From Dehalococcoidia bacterium (GTDB lineage Bacteria; Chloroflexota; Dehalococcoidia; Lucifugimonadales; GCA-2717565), in NCBI GenBank assembly GCA_009692865.1, contig SHYH01000003.1, positions 1 to 56,815 of the forward strand: a stretch of DNA of 56,815 bases, read 5' to 3'. This document shows, one piece after another, positions 31,283-41,501 of this stretch (position 1 is its first letter; every line of letters starts with the position of its first letter). The translations under genes were made by a program, and so were the position numbers. The notes beneath the pieces are model-generated. The model had not been told where the DNA came from, searched no databases, and was given only the letters and a program-made list of their open reading frames with translations.

Positions 31283-31902
31283 TTACCCTCGATGCCCAGG
31301 GGCTGGTGCCCGCCATTGCCCAAGACGCCAACACGGGACAAGTGCTCATGCTCGGGTACGTGAGCCCAGGCTCTTTGAGCCGCACCGTGGAGGGAGGCGA
31401 GGTCTGGTTCTACAGTCGCAGCCGCTCCGAGCTGTGGCACAAGGGTGAGACGTCCGGCAGCTACCTGAAGGTGCGCTCCGTTTGGAAGGACTGCGACGGC
31501 GATGCCCTTCTGATCCAGGTGGAGCCTACCGGACCCGCTTGTCACACGGGCAACACGTCCTGTTTCTTCGAGACCCTGGAGGACGCTCCCCGCTTCCAAC
31601 GTCTAGACAGAGGCTCTGGGGTCCTGGAAGAGGTCTACGCGCTGATTCAGGACCGCAAGGAGACTCTCCCTGAGGGGAGCTATACTGCTCGCCTGTTCCA
31701 GGAGGGGGTGGAGCGCATCGCACAGAAGGTCATTGAGGAGGCCGGGGAGACGGCCCTGGCGGCGGCCACTGGGAACGCTGAGCGGGTCCCCCTGGAGGCG
31801 GCAGACCTGGTGTACCACCTGCTGGTGCTGCTCGCGGCCCAGGGGGTGGCACCGGAGCGGGTTTGGGAAGAGCTAAGGAAGCGTCGCCAGGGGCAGGGGT
31901 AG
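31279..31902 (+). CDS. hisIE: Bifunctional PR-AMP cyclohydrolase/PR-ATP pyrophosphatase
   Basis: LW.KGETSG, DCDGD, ACHTG..SCF, SYT..LF, EEAGE, ADL.YH. Confidence 0.97.
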   Translation: MITLDAQGLVPAIAQDANTGQVLMLGYVSPGSLSRTVEGGEVWFYSRSRSELWHKGETSGSYLKVRSVWKDCDGDALLIQVEPTGPACHTGNTSCFFETLEDAPRFQRLDRGSGVLEEVYALIQDRKETLPEGSYTARLFQEGVERIAQKVIEEAGETALAAATGNAERVPLEAADLVYHLLVLLAAQGVAPERVWEELRKRRQGQG

Positions 31903-31904
31903 TC

Positions 31905-32582
31905 ATGGTCTACGACTTTCACACCCACACGTTCCTCAGCGATGGCGTGCTCTCGCCCCTGGAGCTGATCCGGCGGGCCGTGGTGCGAGGGTACAAGGCC
32001 ATCGCCGTTACCGACCACTGCGGCCTGGAGGACCAGGAGCGGGTCGTTCCCATCCTGGTGCGGGAGTGCGCGGTGGCTTCCTCTCAGTGGAACATCCTGG
32101 CAATCCCGGGCGTGGAGCTGACCCACGTGCCCCCGAGCATGATCAACGAGGCGGCACAACGGGCAAAGGCGCTGGGAGCGCGCATAGTGGTGGTTCACGG
32201 GGAGACGGTGGTAGAGCCGGTGGAGCCGGGCACCAACCGCGCTGCTCTGGCCTCGCCGTACGTGGACATCCTGGCCCACCCTGGGCTGCTCACGGAGAAG
32301 GAGGCACAAAACGCCGCCGCCCGAGGGGTCTTTCTGGAGCTTTCCGCCCGCCGGGGCCACTCGCTGACCAACGGGCGAGTGGCCAAGCTAGGGTTGGCCT
32401 TTGGGGCCTCCCTGGTGGTAGATTCGGACGCTCACGCCCCTGAAGACCTGCTCACCGAGGAGCTGGCCCGTGCCATAGCCCTGGGCGCAGGCCTGGAGGA
32501 GGGAAGGGTGCCCGATCTGTTGGAAGGGAACCCACTCCAACTCCTCAAACGGCTAGCCCTGGTGGTTCCACCCCGAGGCTAG
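31905..32582 (+). CDS. PHP-domain protein, histidinol-phosphatase-like
   Basis: DFHTHT..SDG, TDH, GVELTH, HGET, LAHPG, DSDAH. Confidence 0.85.
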   Translation: MVYDFHTHTFLSDGVLSPLELIRRAVVRGYKAIAVTDHCGLEDQERVVPILVRECAVASSQWNILAIPGVELTHVPPSMINEAAQRAKALGARIVVVHGETVVEPVEPGTNRAALASPYVDILAHPGLLTEKEAQNAAARGVFLELSARRGHSLTNGRVAKLGLAFGASLVVDSDAHAPEDLLTEELARAIALGAGLEEGRVPDLLEGNPLQLLKRLALVVPPRG

Positions 32583-32689
32583 CATGTCCTTCCTGGAGTT
32601 CAGGCGATACGCAAAGGAGACGCAGAAAAAGACATTCGCGCCAAGCCGTCTCCTAAGGGGCGGCAGCAAGGCCCAGGAGAGAAGAGCGG

Positions 32690-32833
32690 TTACCCCTTGC
32701 CGATGCGGAACACCTTGGTGCCGCAAACGGGGCAGACCCCCTGGGTAGCAGGGCGACCGTTCTTCAACCGGGTGGCGGTAGCGTTGCGGATTGTCCGCTT
32801 GGTCCTGCACTTGAAACAATAGGCCTCAGGCAT
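32690..32833 (-). CDS. DUF5679-like small basic zinc-binding protein
   Basis: AYCFKCR...KNGRPA..G.CP.CGTKVFRIG; SD AAGGAGGTGA. Confidence 0.85.
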   Translation of the reverse strand: MPEAYCFKCRTKRTIRNATATRLKNGRPATQGVCPVCGTKVFRIGKG

Positions 32834-32866
32834 TGTAGCTTCACCTCCTTTGGATTCGGCTTTGAC

Positions 32867-32894
32867 AATATACAATGCCCTAGCTGGTTGTCAA
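32867..32894 (-). promoter_or_regulatory. Sigma70-like promoter
   Basis: TTGACA-16 nt-TATATT. Confidence 0.55.
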
Positions 32895-32987
32895 GACTTT
32901 TCTAGCTGGAAACCCGACCGTTCTCTCTTGCACGATAAGCCAGCGCCCATAGGAGAGGCGTCGTTGGTGTGGGTTGTCGGCAAGGCC

Positions 32988-33986
32988 CTAGCGAGAGGGG
33001 GTGACCTCGAAGCCCCCATTCAAGGGGTGGGTGTCCAGCACCTTTTCGGGCCTCCACAGCCCCTTGACGAAGTCGTAGCGGCCGACGGCGAGGAACCGCC
33101 CATCGGCGGAGTAGATGCGGCAAGGGTTGACAGGGGCAGGGTACATGCGCCCCGAACCGAAGGGCACCAGGCGCCCCTGCCGGATAGCCTGCTCCATCCC
33201 GCGACTCACCACGGCGGCGTCCATGTTTTGCAGGGCCACGTCTGGTGCGTGGAGAAGCCCCTTCCATGTCCCCTCCTCTGCCCCTTGCTCCACCTCCTCC
33301 AAGCTGACGCCCTCTTCCACCCTTAGCGGGCCGCTCCGCAGGCGGGTCAGTGCAGTCAGGTGGGCGCCGCATCCGAGGACCATTCCGAGGTCGTGGGCCA
33401 GGGAGCGAATGTAGAAGCCCCGACCACACTCGACCTCTATCGTTACGCTGGGGAAGTCCCACTGGAGCAGGCTGATCCTGTAGACCTGGACCTTTCGAGC
33501 AGCCCGCTCCACCTCCACCCCGGCCCGCGCCAGGTCGTACAGCCTTTTCCCCTGGTGCTTCAGGGCGCTGTACATGGGCGGCACCTGGAACACCACCCCC
33601 AGGAAGTCGGCCATGGCTGCCTCCACCTGCTCCCTGGTGAGGGCTGAGGGGTCCCGGACCTCGACCACGGCGCCCTGGGCATCGTAGGTGTCGGTGATCA
33701 CCCCTAAGAGCATGGTGGCGCGGTAGACCTTGGGAGCATCCACCAGGAACTCCATGAGGCGGGTGGCCTGGCCGAAGCAGATGGGAAGCACCCCATCGGC
33801 TAGCGGGTCCAGGGTCCCCGCATGGCCCACCCGCTGCTGGCGGGTGAGGCGTTTGATACGGCGGACCACCTCCATGGATGTGACGCCAGAGGGTTTCCTC
33901 AGGTTGAGGATTCCGTCCACCTGCTCCGGTGGAGGTGTTGTGGGGGAGGGTCGGCGTGCTCTCCCCGGGGGTCCCGCGGTGGCCAT
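32988..33986 (-). CDS. truB: tRNA pseudouridine(55) synthase
   Basis: KP.G.TS, GHAGTLDP, TDTYD, PPMYSALK, YIRSLA.DLG. Confidence 0.96.
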   Translation of the reverse strand: MATAGPPGRARRPSPTTPPPEQVDGILNLRKPSGVTSMEVVRRIKRLTRQQRVGHAGTLDPLADGVLPICFGQATRLMEFLVDAPKVYRATMLLGVITDTYDAQGAVVEVRDPSALTREQVEAAMADFLGVVFQVPPMYSALKHQGKRLYDLARAGVEVERAARKVQVYRISLLQWDFPSVTIEVECGRGFYIRSLAHDLGMVLGCGAHLTALTRLRSGPLRVEEGVSLEEVEQGAEEGTWKGLLHAPDVALQNMDAAVVSRGMEQAIRQGRLVPFGSGRMYPAPVNPCRIYSADGRFLAVGRYDFVKGLWRPEKVLDTHPLNGGFEVTPSR

Positions 33987-34091
33987 TGTTACTCGTGCTC
34001 CTGGGGTTTGGCTGCCTCTACGCGACGATACTGGCCCGAACCATGAAGATGGTTGCGGGCTATGGCTCTGATCTTGGGCAGTGGAGAGAGC

Positions 34092-34169
34092 CACCTCCTA
34101 GAGGAGGATGAGCTCCCCCAGCTCGATGCAGATGAGGTTGTTGATTCGTTCTAGTCGTCGGTTCTTCAC
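34092..34169 (-). pseudogene. rbfA: RbfA N-terminal remnant
   Basis: GTG 34169 reads MKNRRLERINNLICIELGELILL*EV at the canonical infB-truB position. Confidence 0.7.
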
Positions 34170-34193
34170 AGCGGCCTAGGGGCAGTGACTCTT

Positions 34194-34344
34194 TAGCAGG
34201 ATGCTGAAAAACCCTTTCGACCATCCCCCTGTCCCCCTTCCTGGCCAGGAAGGAGGCGGGAATTATATCTGTCCCGACAAGTCGGGAAGACCCCTGCCAA
34301 TCCCGACGAGTCGAGACTGGACACCCCCTTGCCGCAGCCTGTTG
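34194..34344 (+). mobile_element. MITE-like repeat family A, copy 2 (hairpin-swapped)
   Basis: TAGCAGGATGCTGAAAAA...CCGCAGCCTGTTG with the shared core. Confidence 0.85.
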
Positions 34345-34425
34345 GGGTTTGGTGAAGATAAGGGTGCCGGACGATAGTGCCGCAGGGTATGGGGAGGAGA
34401 AAATATCAGGGGGCTGCACAAGGCA

Positions 34426-36276
34426 CTAGACAGAGACCTTTTCCTTCTGGAACGCCTCCAGAAGGTCTCCCTCCTTGAAGTCGGTGAACCCGTCGACGAC
34501 GACTCCGCACTCAAAGCCGGCGGCCATCTCCCGCACGTCGTTCTTAAGGTGTTTCAAGCTGCTGACGTGCCCCTCGTGGAGGCTTTTCCCACCCCGCATC
34601 ACCCGTATCCAAGAGCTGCGGGCGAGCTTGCCATCGCGCACCAGGACTCCTGCCACTTTGCCCGTTTTTCCGACGGAGAAGATGACCCGCACCTCGGCAT
34701 GGCCCTCGATGACCTCCTTCTCCTCGGGCACCAGGAGCCCCGCCAGGGCCTTCTGAACGTCCTCTACCAGGCGGTAGATGATGTCGTAGTAGCGGATGTC
34801 CACGCCGGAGGTCTCGGCCAGGCGTCGGGCGCCGGGCTCGGGCTTGCTGTAGAAACCCAGGATGATGGCCTTGGAGGCGATGGCCAGCAGAACATCGCTC
34901 TCGGTGATGCTGCCGCTGGCGACGTGGATGATGTGGACCCGCGTGCGGGGCGAGGCCAGGTGCTCCAGGGCCTCTCGGACAGCATCGATGCTGCCCTGGA
35001 AGTCGGTCTTAACAACCAGGTTGAGCTCCTTCATCTCCCCTGCCTGGATCCTGGTGTAGACCTCCTCCAGGGAGACGGCCCTGGTTCGAGCCTGGGCTTG
35101 CTGCTGCTCCCTTTGAGACGCTAGCTCCTTGGCTGCTCTATCGTCTGCCACCACCTCCAGGGTATCCCCCGCCTCCGGGAGCAGGTCCAAGCCCAGGAGC
35201 TCCACAGGAATGGAAGGGCCCGCCTGCTTCACCCGCTGGCCCATGTCGTTGAAGAGGGCCCTGACCCTGCCCGAGGCCCGGCCCACCACCACCGTGTCTC
35301 CTATCTTTATGGTCCCGTTCTGGATCAGCGCTGTGGCCACGGGGCCCCGGTTCTTGTCCAGCCGTGCCTCGATGACCACACCACGGGCAGACCGATTGGG
35401 GTTGGCCTTGAGCTCGGCTACCTCGGCCACCACCAGGATGTTCTCCAAAAGCTCGTCAATGCCCAATCGTTGCTTCGCGGACACCTCCACGGCGATGACG
35501 TCTCCTCCCCACTCCTCTACGATGAGGTCATGCTCCGAGAGCTGCCGCTTCACCCGCTCGGGGTCGGCGCCGGGGAGATCCACCTTATTGATGGCTACGA
35601 TGATGGGCACCTTGGCAGCCTTGGCGTGGTTGAGGGCCTCTACCGTCTGGGGCATGACCCCGTCGTCTGCCGCCGTCACCAGCACCGCGATGTCCGTTAC
35701 CTGGGCGCCGCGGGCTCGCATGGCCGTGAAGGCCTCATGGCCAGGGGTGTCCAGGAAGGTGATCTTCTGTCCTTTGTACTCCACCTGGTAGGCGCCGATC
35801 CTCTGAGTGATGCCGCCCACCTCACTAGCCGCCACATTGGTCTGGCGAATGGCATCGAGGAGGGTGGTCTTGCCGTGGTCTACGTGCCCGAGGATGGTGA
35901 CCACAGGGGGCCTCAGCTCCAGGAGAGAGGTGTCCTCTTGGGGTTGCCCTGGGGCAGCCGGCCCGGTGGTTGGCCTGCGCTCCGCACGTCGGACGGGGTG
36001 GAGGCCGAAGTCCGCCACCACCGTGGCCGCGATGTCGTAGGCGACCAACTGGTTGATGTTGGCCATGACCCCGTTGCGCATGAGCTGCTTGATTATCTCA
36101 ACGGGGGTCATTCCCAGCAGCGAGGCTAACCGATGGACCGGCAGGGCCTCGGGCAGCTCTACCCTTCTCGGCCCTCTTGGCTTGGGAGGAGCCCGCAAAG
36201 GCCTACCCGTATCTGGGGTCCCGGCAAGGGCGGCAGCTTGTCCTGGAGAGTCGCTTTGCATCATATCGTTGATCAC
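34426..36276 (-). CDS. infB: Translation initiation factor IF-2 (short N-terminus)
   Basis: [24 protein letters not shown]. Confidence 0.98.
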   Translation of the reverse strand: MINDMMQSDSPGQAAALAGTPDTGRPLRAPPKPRGPRRVELPEALPVHRLASLLGMTPVEIIKQLMRNGVMANINQLVAYDIAATVVADFGLHPVRRAERRPTTGPAAPGQPQEDTSLLELRPPVVTILGHVDHGKTTLLDAIRQTNVAASEVGGITQRIGAYQVEYKGQKITFLDTPGHEAFTAMRARGAQVTDIAVLVTAADDGVMPQTVEALNHAKAAKVPIIVAINKVDLPGADPERVKRQLSEHDLIVEEWGGDVIAVEVSAKQRLGIDELLENILVVAEVAELKANPNRSARGVVIEARLDKNRGPVATALIQNGTIKIGDTVVVGRASGRVRALFNDMGQRVKQAGPSIPVELLGLDLLPEAGDTLEVVADDRAAKELASQREQQQAQARTRAVSLEEVYTRIQAGEMKELNLVVKTDFQGSIDAVREALEHLASPRTRVHIIHVASGSITESDVLLAIASKAIILGFYSKPEPGARRLAETSGVDIRYYDIIYRLVEDVQKALAGLLVPEEKEVIEGHAEVRVIFSVGKTGKVAGVLVRDGKLARSSWIRVMRGGKSLHEGHVSSLKHLKNDVREMAAGFECGVVVDGFTDFKEGDLLEAFQKEKVSV

Positions 36277-36294
36277 TGTTACGAGATGGTGGCC

Positions 36295-36576
36295 TTACGG
36301 GCTCATCACGGCTTGGATGGCCTGGACCAGCCGCTCTCGCTCCTCAGCCGAGATTGTCCATCGAAGGGCCTGCTCCAATCTTCCTGGACGCCGCAGCGCC
36401 TGCTCCCAACAGGTCTGGCTCCGGCAGAGGTACGCTCCCCTCCCAGAGAGCCGCCCGGTAGGGTCCACCTGGAGGCCGCCAGCGGGAGTACGCACCAGGC
36501 GAAGGAGGCCCCTCTTGGGGGAGCGCTCGCCACATGCCACGCATTTCCTCTGGGGTTGGTGGCCAGGCTGCGCCAT
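36295..36576 (-). CDS. ylxR: YlxR/DUF448 RNA-binding protein
   Basis: PQRKCVAC, LLRLV, GRGAYLC. Confidence 0.93.
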   Translation of the reverse strand: MAQPGHQPQRKCVACGERSPKRGLLRLVRTPAGGLQVDPTGRLSGRGAYLCRSQTCWEQALRRPGRLEQALRWTISAEERERLVQAIQAVMSP

Positions 36577-36678
36577 GCTGCTCCCTGGCCTTTCTCTCCT
36601 GGGCTTCTGCGGCCGTGGGCGGGTCTGCTGGGAAGCCTGAGAGTGCAGTCCGTCGGCTGGAGAGGGCGGGGAGCGGGA

Positions 36679-38265
36679 CTACTCCTGCTGCTCCGTGCCT
36701 GCAACTCGCCCCGGCGTGCCTTCAGCCCTTCCTGCTCCTGTCTTGCGCCCCTTCCGGGCCCTGTCGTCCCGTCGATCATTGCGACCACCCCTGCCTCGCG
36801 GCTCACGCGGGCCAAGGATGTCTTCGGCGAATCGAATGCCCGAAGGGGCCTTAGTGATGCGAGGGATGTCCCAGATCTCCTCCCCCTCCACAACCTCGGC
36901 CTCCTCCTCTTCCTCCTCCACTTGCTCTTTGTTGGCCAGCTCCTCCTCCACGGTCAAGAGGGCTAGCGCCTCCTCTGGGGAGAGCGGGGGCTTGAAAGGT
37001 TGAATTGCGGGAGACGCCTTGGGGATGGCGACGGCCTCCTCTCGAACCACCGGCGGTGCAACCTTAGCGACAGGGGCTGCAGCAGGCACTGTTGGTGCTG
37101 CAACGGGGGCCTCGAGCGAGGCCAAGACAGCCACGGGGGCCACCACCTGGGCAATGGGTTTCGGGGCAACCTGAGCCTCTTCCACAAGCTCAGGCTCCTC
37201 AGCGAGGCGCCGCAGCCGCTCGGCCTCCATCTCCGCGGTGCTCTTGATGTCGATCTTCCAGCCGGTAAGCTTGGCGGCCAAGCGAGCGTTCTGCCCCTCC
37301 CGGCCGATGGCCAGGGAGAGATGACGGTCAGGGACCACCACCAGGGCCTCCTGGTTGGTTTCGTTCAGCTCCACGCGGAGGACCTGAGCCGGGCTCAGGG
37401 CGTTGGCTATGAAGATGGGGGGGTCCTTGTGCCACTGGATGACGTCAATGCGCTCGTCCTGGAGCTCCTTGACGATGTTCTGAATACGGTTTCCCCGCAT
37501 CCCCACGCAGGACCCTACGGCGTCCACCCCCTCCTGGCGGGCAACCACCGCTACCTTGCTGCGAGAACCCGCTTCCCGGGCGATGGCCTTGATCTCCACC
37601 ACGCCATTGTAAATCTCCGGGATCTCCAGCTCCATGAGCCGCTTCAACAGGTTCTTGTGGGAGCGGGAGACGGTGATGAGGGGGCCCTTGGGGGCGCGCT
37701 GCACCTCCATGACGTACACCCGGAGGCGCTGGTGGAGCCGGAGGTGGTCGCTAGACGCCTGCTCGGAGGCGGGAAGCACCGCCTCCACCTTGCCAACGTC
37801 CAAAATCACCTGGTGGTTGGACTCAAACCGCTGGACCTGGCCGGTGAGAATGTCCCCTTCCTTGTCGGCGAACTCGGCGTAGACCTGCTCCCGCTCCGCC
37901 TCCCGAAGGCGTTGGAGTACCACCTGTTTGGCGGTCTGGGCGGCGATGCGGCCCGCCGATGAGGGCAGCTGGGCTTCTATCTCAATAGTGTCAGCAAGTT
38001 GAGCAGCTGGCTTGAGCCGCCGGGCCTCCTCCAGGGTGAGTTCCCGCTTGGGGTCGGCGACCTCCGCCACCACCTGCTTTAATACGTAGACGTTGATCTC
38101 GGCTGTGGCCGGGTCCAATCGTACGGTGATGTCCTGGCCTGCGATGAGGCTGTCCTTCTTATAGGCAGAGACCAGGGCCGCTTCCACCGCCTGCAGCACC
38201 ATCTCACGGGGCAGGTGGCGTTCATTGGCCAGTTGTGTCACTGCCAGGAGGAAATCGCTCTTCAT
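36679..38265 (-). CDS. nusA: Transcription factor NusA with long low-complexity tail
   Basis: MKSDF start; [33 protein letters not shown]. Confidence 0.96.
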   Translation of the reverse strand: MKSDFLLAVTQLANERHLPREMVLQAVEAALVSAYKKDSLIAGQDITVRLDPATAEINVYVLKQVVAEVADPKRELTLEEARRLKPAAQLADTIEIEAQLPSSAGRIAAQTAKQVVLQRLREAEREQVYAEFADKEGDILTGQVQRFESNHQVILDVGKVEAVLPASEQASSDHLRLHQRLRVYVMEVQRAPKGPLITVSRSHKNLLKRLMELEIPEIYNGVVEIKAIAREAGSRSKVAVVARQEGVDAVGSCVGMRGNRIQNIVKELQDERIDVIQWHKDPPIFIANALSPAQVLRVELNETNQEALVVVPDRHLSLAIGREGQNARLAAKLTGWKIDIKSTAEMEAERLRRLAEEPELVEEAQVAPKPIAQVVAPVAVLASLEAPVAAPTVPAAAPVAKVAPPVVREEAVAIPKASPAIQPFKPPLSPEEALALLTVEEELANKEQVEEEEEEAEVVEGEEIWDIPRITKAPSGIRFAEDILGPREPRGRGGRNDRRDDRARKGRKTGAGRAEGTPGRVAGTEQQE

Positions 38266-38304
38266 ATTCGGCAGCTCTCCTTGGTACTCGTCCCGGGGAC
38301 GCCC

Positions 38305-38337
38305 AAACAAAAAAGTGGGCGCAACCCACTTTTCAAA
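38305..38337 (-). promoter_or_regulatory. rimP/nusA-leader attenuator hairpin
   Basis: AAAAGTGGG-TTGCG-CCCACTTTTTTGTTT in the 5' UTR. Confidence 0.7.
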
Positions 38338-38355
38338 GGCGCCACACCCGCGCGA

Positions 38356-38384
38356 AGTATACCAGGTCCCCCTGCTGCCTGCAA
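38356..38384 (-). promoter_or_regulatory. Sigma70-like promoter of nusA operon
   Basis: TTGCAG-17 nt-TATACT with extended -10 TG. Confidence 0.65.
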
Positions 38385-38557
38385 CTCTGGGCAAGTAGCG
38401 GAGCCTATCTGGCAGCCTACCGAAAGGGGTTGTCCAGTCCCGACTGAAGTCGCGATGCCGGCCTAACTGGGGAAGACCTTGCTGAACGTGGGTGCAGGCC
38501 GCAAGTGTTGCACCCCGACTGGTCGGCGGCCCCATATTCCCGCATCGGTGTCGAAGA

Positions 38558-38658
38558 TTGCAGGTTCTTTCGGAGAGGAGTGGGGAACCCCTTCTTGCAA
38601 GAAAGGGTTCCCCACGAGCCCTTCCCAGAGAGCTCTCACCCTTTGCTCGTCCCAGGGG
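38558..38658 (+). repeat. Repeat family B, copy 2
   Basis: Aligns end to end with 26620-26718. Confidence 0.85.
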
Positions 38659-38688
38659 AGATGTAGGATAAGAGAAGGGTGGCATGGC

Positions 38689-39210
38689 ATGAAGCGGCAC
38701 GACTCCTTTTACGATGTTTTTCCCACATCCCTGGGCTGGGTGGGGGTGCTGGCTTCTTCCCAAGGGCTGCGGCGGGTGACTGTACCCCACGACACGGCCC
38801 AGGAGGCCCTGGACGACCTGGGCCCAGATGCTGAGGAGGCTAAGCGGCGTGAGGGCGCCTTTGAACACCTGCGCCAGCGACTGGAGCGGCACTTCCTGGG
38901 GCAGGAGGTCTGCTTCCCTGACGCGCTTGACCTGGAGGGCGCCCCGCCCTTCTTTCGCGCCGTGTGGGAGGCGTGTCGGGCCATCCCGCGAGGGGAGACC
39001 CGAAGCTATCTTTGGCTGGCCGTCACGGTGGGCAGGCCTGGGGCTGCTCGAGCCGCCGGGCAGGCCATGGCCAGGAACCCCATCGCCATTCTCATTCCCT
39101 GCCATCGTGTGGTTAGGGGGGATGGGGGACTAGGAGGCTATGGCGGCGGCGTGGCGGTGAAGGCCGCCCTCTTGAGGGCCGAGGGTGCTGCGATCACAGC
39201 CACCGCCTAA
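38689..39210 (+). CDS. ogt: Methylated-DNA-protein-cysteine methyltransferase
   Basis: IPRGETRSY, ARAAG.AM..NP, IPCHRV. Confidence 0.95.
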   Translation: MKRHDSFYDVFPTSLGWVGVLASSQGLRRVTVPHDTAQEALDDLGPDAEEAKRREGAFEHLRQRLERHFLGQEVCFPDALDLEGAPPFFRAVWEACRAIPRGETRSYLWLAVTVGRPGAARAAGQAMARNPIAILIPCHRVVRGDGGLGGYGGGVAVKAALLRAEGAAITATA

Positions 39211-39947
39211 CGTCGCCGGGGGGCGACCAGCCTGGAGAGCCAGATGCTGATCTCATACAGCACCACTAGGGGCACGGCGACGAGGGTCTGGTTCACCGGG
39301 TCCACGGTGGGGGTGATGATGGCGCTCAGGACGAAGGCCAGGACGATGGCGTAGGGGCGGAAGCGCGACAGTAACCGCGTGTTGACCACACCGATCTTGG
39401 CGAGTATGAAGATCACCAGGGGAAGCTCAAAGGCCAGGCCCATCCAGAGGAGAAGTCGAAGCATAAGCTCCACCAGGGACCCGATGCGGATCATGGGGGT
39501 GGCCACGTCGCTGCCATAGGTGAGGAGGACCTTGAAGGCGGGGGGAAGGAGCACCCAGTAGCCAAAGGCGGCACCCACGACAAAGGCCAGGAGGCTGGAA
39601 GGGACGAGGATGTAGAGGTAGCGGCGCTCTCGAGGGGTGAGCCCTGGAGCAACGAACATGACGGCCTGGTAAAGAACGACCGGCAGGGCCAGCACCAGGC
39701 CTCCCAGGAGGGACACCTTCATGGCGGTGCCGATGTATTCGGCGGGCTCGGTGAAGATGAGCTGTCCTGCTGGAGAGGTCAGGTACTGCTGGGCGGGTTG
39801 GACCAGGAAGCGGAGGATGGGCTTATGGAATGCAAAGACTACAATGGTTCCCACCACCAAGGCTATGGAGCTCCGCACCAGCCGCCGGCGGAGCTCCATA
39901 AGGTGCGCGTGGAGGGGCATGGGAGGGCCTTCTCTGGGTGGTTTCAT
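39207..39947 (-). CDS. tatC: Twin-arginine translocase subunit TatC
   Basis: HL.ELR.RL, F..PGL...ER, FELP, A.ITP. Confidence 0.95.
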   Translation of the reverse strand: MKPPREGPPMPLHAHLMELRRRLVRSSIALVVGTIVVFAFHKPILRFLVQPAQQYLTSPAGQLIFTEPAEYIGTAMKVSLLGGLVLALPVVLYQAVMFVAPGLTPRERRYLYILVPSSLLAFVVGAAFGYWVLLPPAFKVLLTYGSDVATPMIRIGSLVELMLRLLLWMGLAFELPLVIFILAKIGVVNTRLLSRFRPYAIVLAFVLSAIITPTVDPVNQTLVAVPLVVLYEISIWLSRLVAPRRR

Positions 39948-40026
39948 GGTGTCCTAAAGGTCCAAGAGGGGGATGGCGCCCTGTTTCCGCGTATCCCTTC
40001 GACCTTCGCCGAAAAGGCACCGATTG

Positions 40027-41160
40027 TCAAGTGTAGCTCTGCTTGTGCCGTCTCTGATGGAGGGAAAAAAAGGGGACCTCCGCCAGGCTCTGCACCCGTG
40101 AGAAGAGGAAGAGGCCCACCCCCTGAGCCACCAGGAGACATGCCAGAAGGAGGCGGACGTTGCCGTAGTCGGCCAGGAAACCGAACCCTATCCTCCCGAT
40201 CAGGCTGGTGGCGGCGAAGAAGGAGAGGAAACCCACGGCAGCTACGTACTCTACCTGCGTCTCCTCCACCAGAAAGTTGGCGAGGTGAACGGTGATGGAC
40301 GCCACGACACCAGACCAGCACGCGGAGGTGAGGGCAGTGAGCCAGAAGGCGGGGGCCCGAAGGGCCTGCCAGGGGGTCAGGTCTATCTCGGGACGGGGGT
40401 CTCCCATCCAAAAAGGGCGAGGCTGGATATCGGCAAGGCCTCGCCAGCCCCCTCTTCCATGCCGGCCCCGTTGGTTGCGGAGCCATGGAGGGGTGCGGTT
40501 GCCAGCCGCGCCATCGGGAAGGAGCCCCATGTCTTCGGGCCGGTGCCTGATGACAAACGCAAGAGGCAGCCCTATGACCCAGAAGAGAAGGCCCGCGACG
40601 ACAGCCCCTGTTCTCCAGCCGAAATGGTCAATGAGGAGGGCGAAGAGGAAGACCAGACTGCCCCCTATCCCCAACCCCGTCGTCATGAGTCCAATGACGC
40701 GGCCTCTCCGACGGATGAACCAGTTGGCCAGAGCCACCTGCACCGGCTGCGTGGTCCCCAGGCTGGACCCGGCCCCCAAGAGCCCTACATAGACAATGGC
40801 GAGCATCGTCAGGGAGTTAACACGACTAAGGGCGAGGAAGCCCAGGCCTGTCATAGTCAGACCCAGGAGCATCATGCGGCGGGGTCCAAACTTGTCAAAG
40901 GCCCACCCGGCCACAGGTCCAATCAGCCCGCCCTCCAAGCGGACGCCGCTGATGATGCCGCTCAGGGTGGCTCGTGACCAGCCAAAGGACTCACGCCAGG
41001 GAATGAAGAAGGCGCTGAACCCGTAGTGGTAGAGGGCTGAGGACAAGGACGCCACAACCATGCCCGCCGCCACGATCCACCAGCCGTAGAAGATGCGCGG
41101 ACGTCTGGGAGGCTCAGCCTGGGTTGTGAGGGAAGGGATGCCTTGATTGCTCTGGCTCAA
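40027..41160 (-). pseudogene. MFS transporter, apparently C-terminally truncated
   Basis: IFYGWWIV, DKFGPRR, WF.RRRG, GR...GFLAD; ends in a polar tail before the final MFS helices. Confidence 0.65.
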
Positions 41161-41501
41161 GGGGGCTTCTTCTTGAACGATGCCCGTACCCTATACCCCC
41201 ATTGGATGGCTGTTAAGATCACATCTGGACAGAATGCATTACGACATTCCTCACCTACTAGCCTTCCCAATGATATGCCGGGCCGTCAGCCCCAGGGGGG
41301 ACAGGGCTGCGGAGGCTCATCGTGCAGTGCCAGGGGGTGAGGTGGTTTGGCGGGGCTGCACGGCTGCCTGGAGCAGGTGCGCCAAGGGAGTGGCCTCCAT
41401 CCCCAGGGCTTGCGATGTGACCCTACACCCTCCAGCATTGCGCGGGCCTCTGCCGTCCCCGCCAAGCGCACGGACTTATGATGCCGTATACTATGCTCGC
41501 C

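Noticed and set aside
38266-39105. 808-aa NusA with a long N-terminal extension
   Set aside because: The extension is antisense to ogt and crosses a repeat, promoter and leader; NusA similarity begins at MKSDF (38265)
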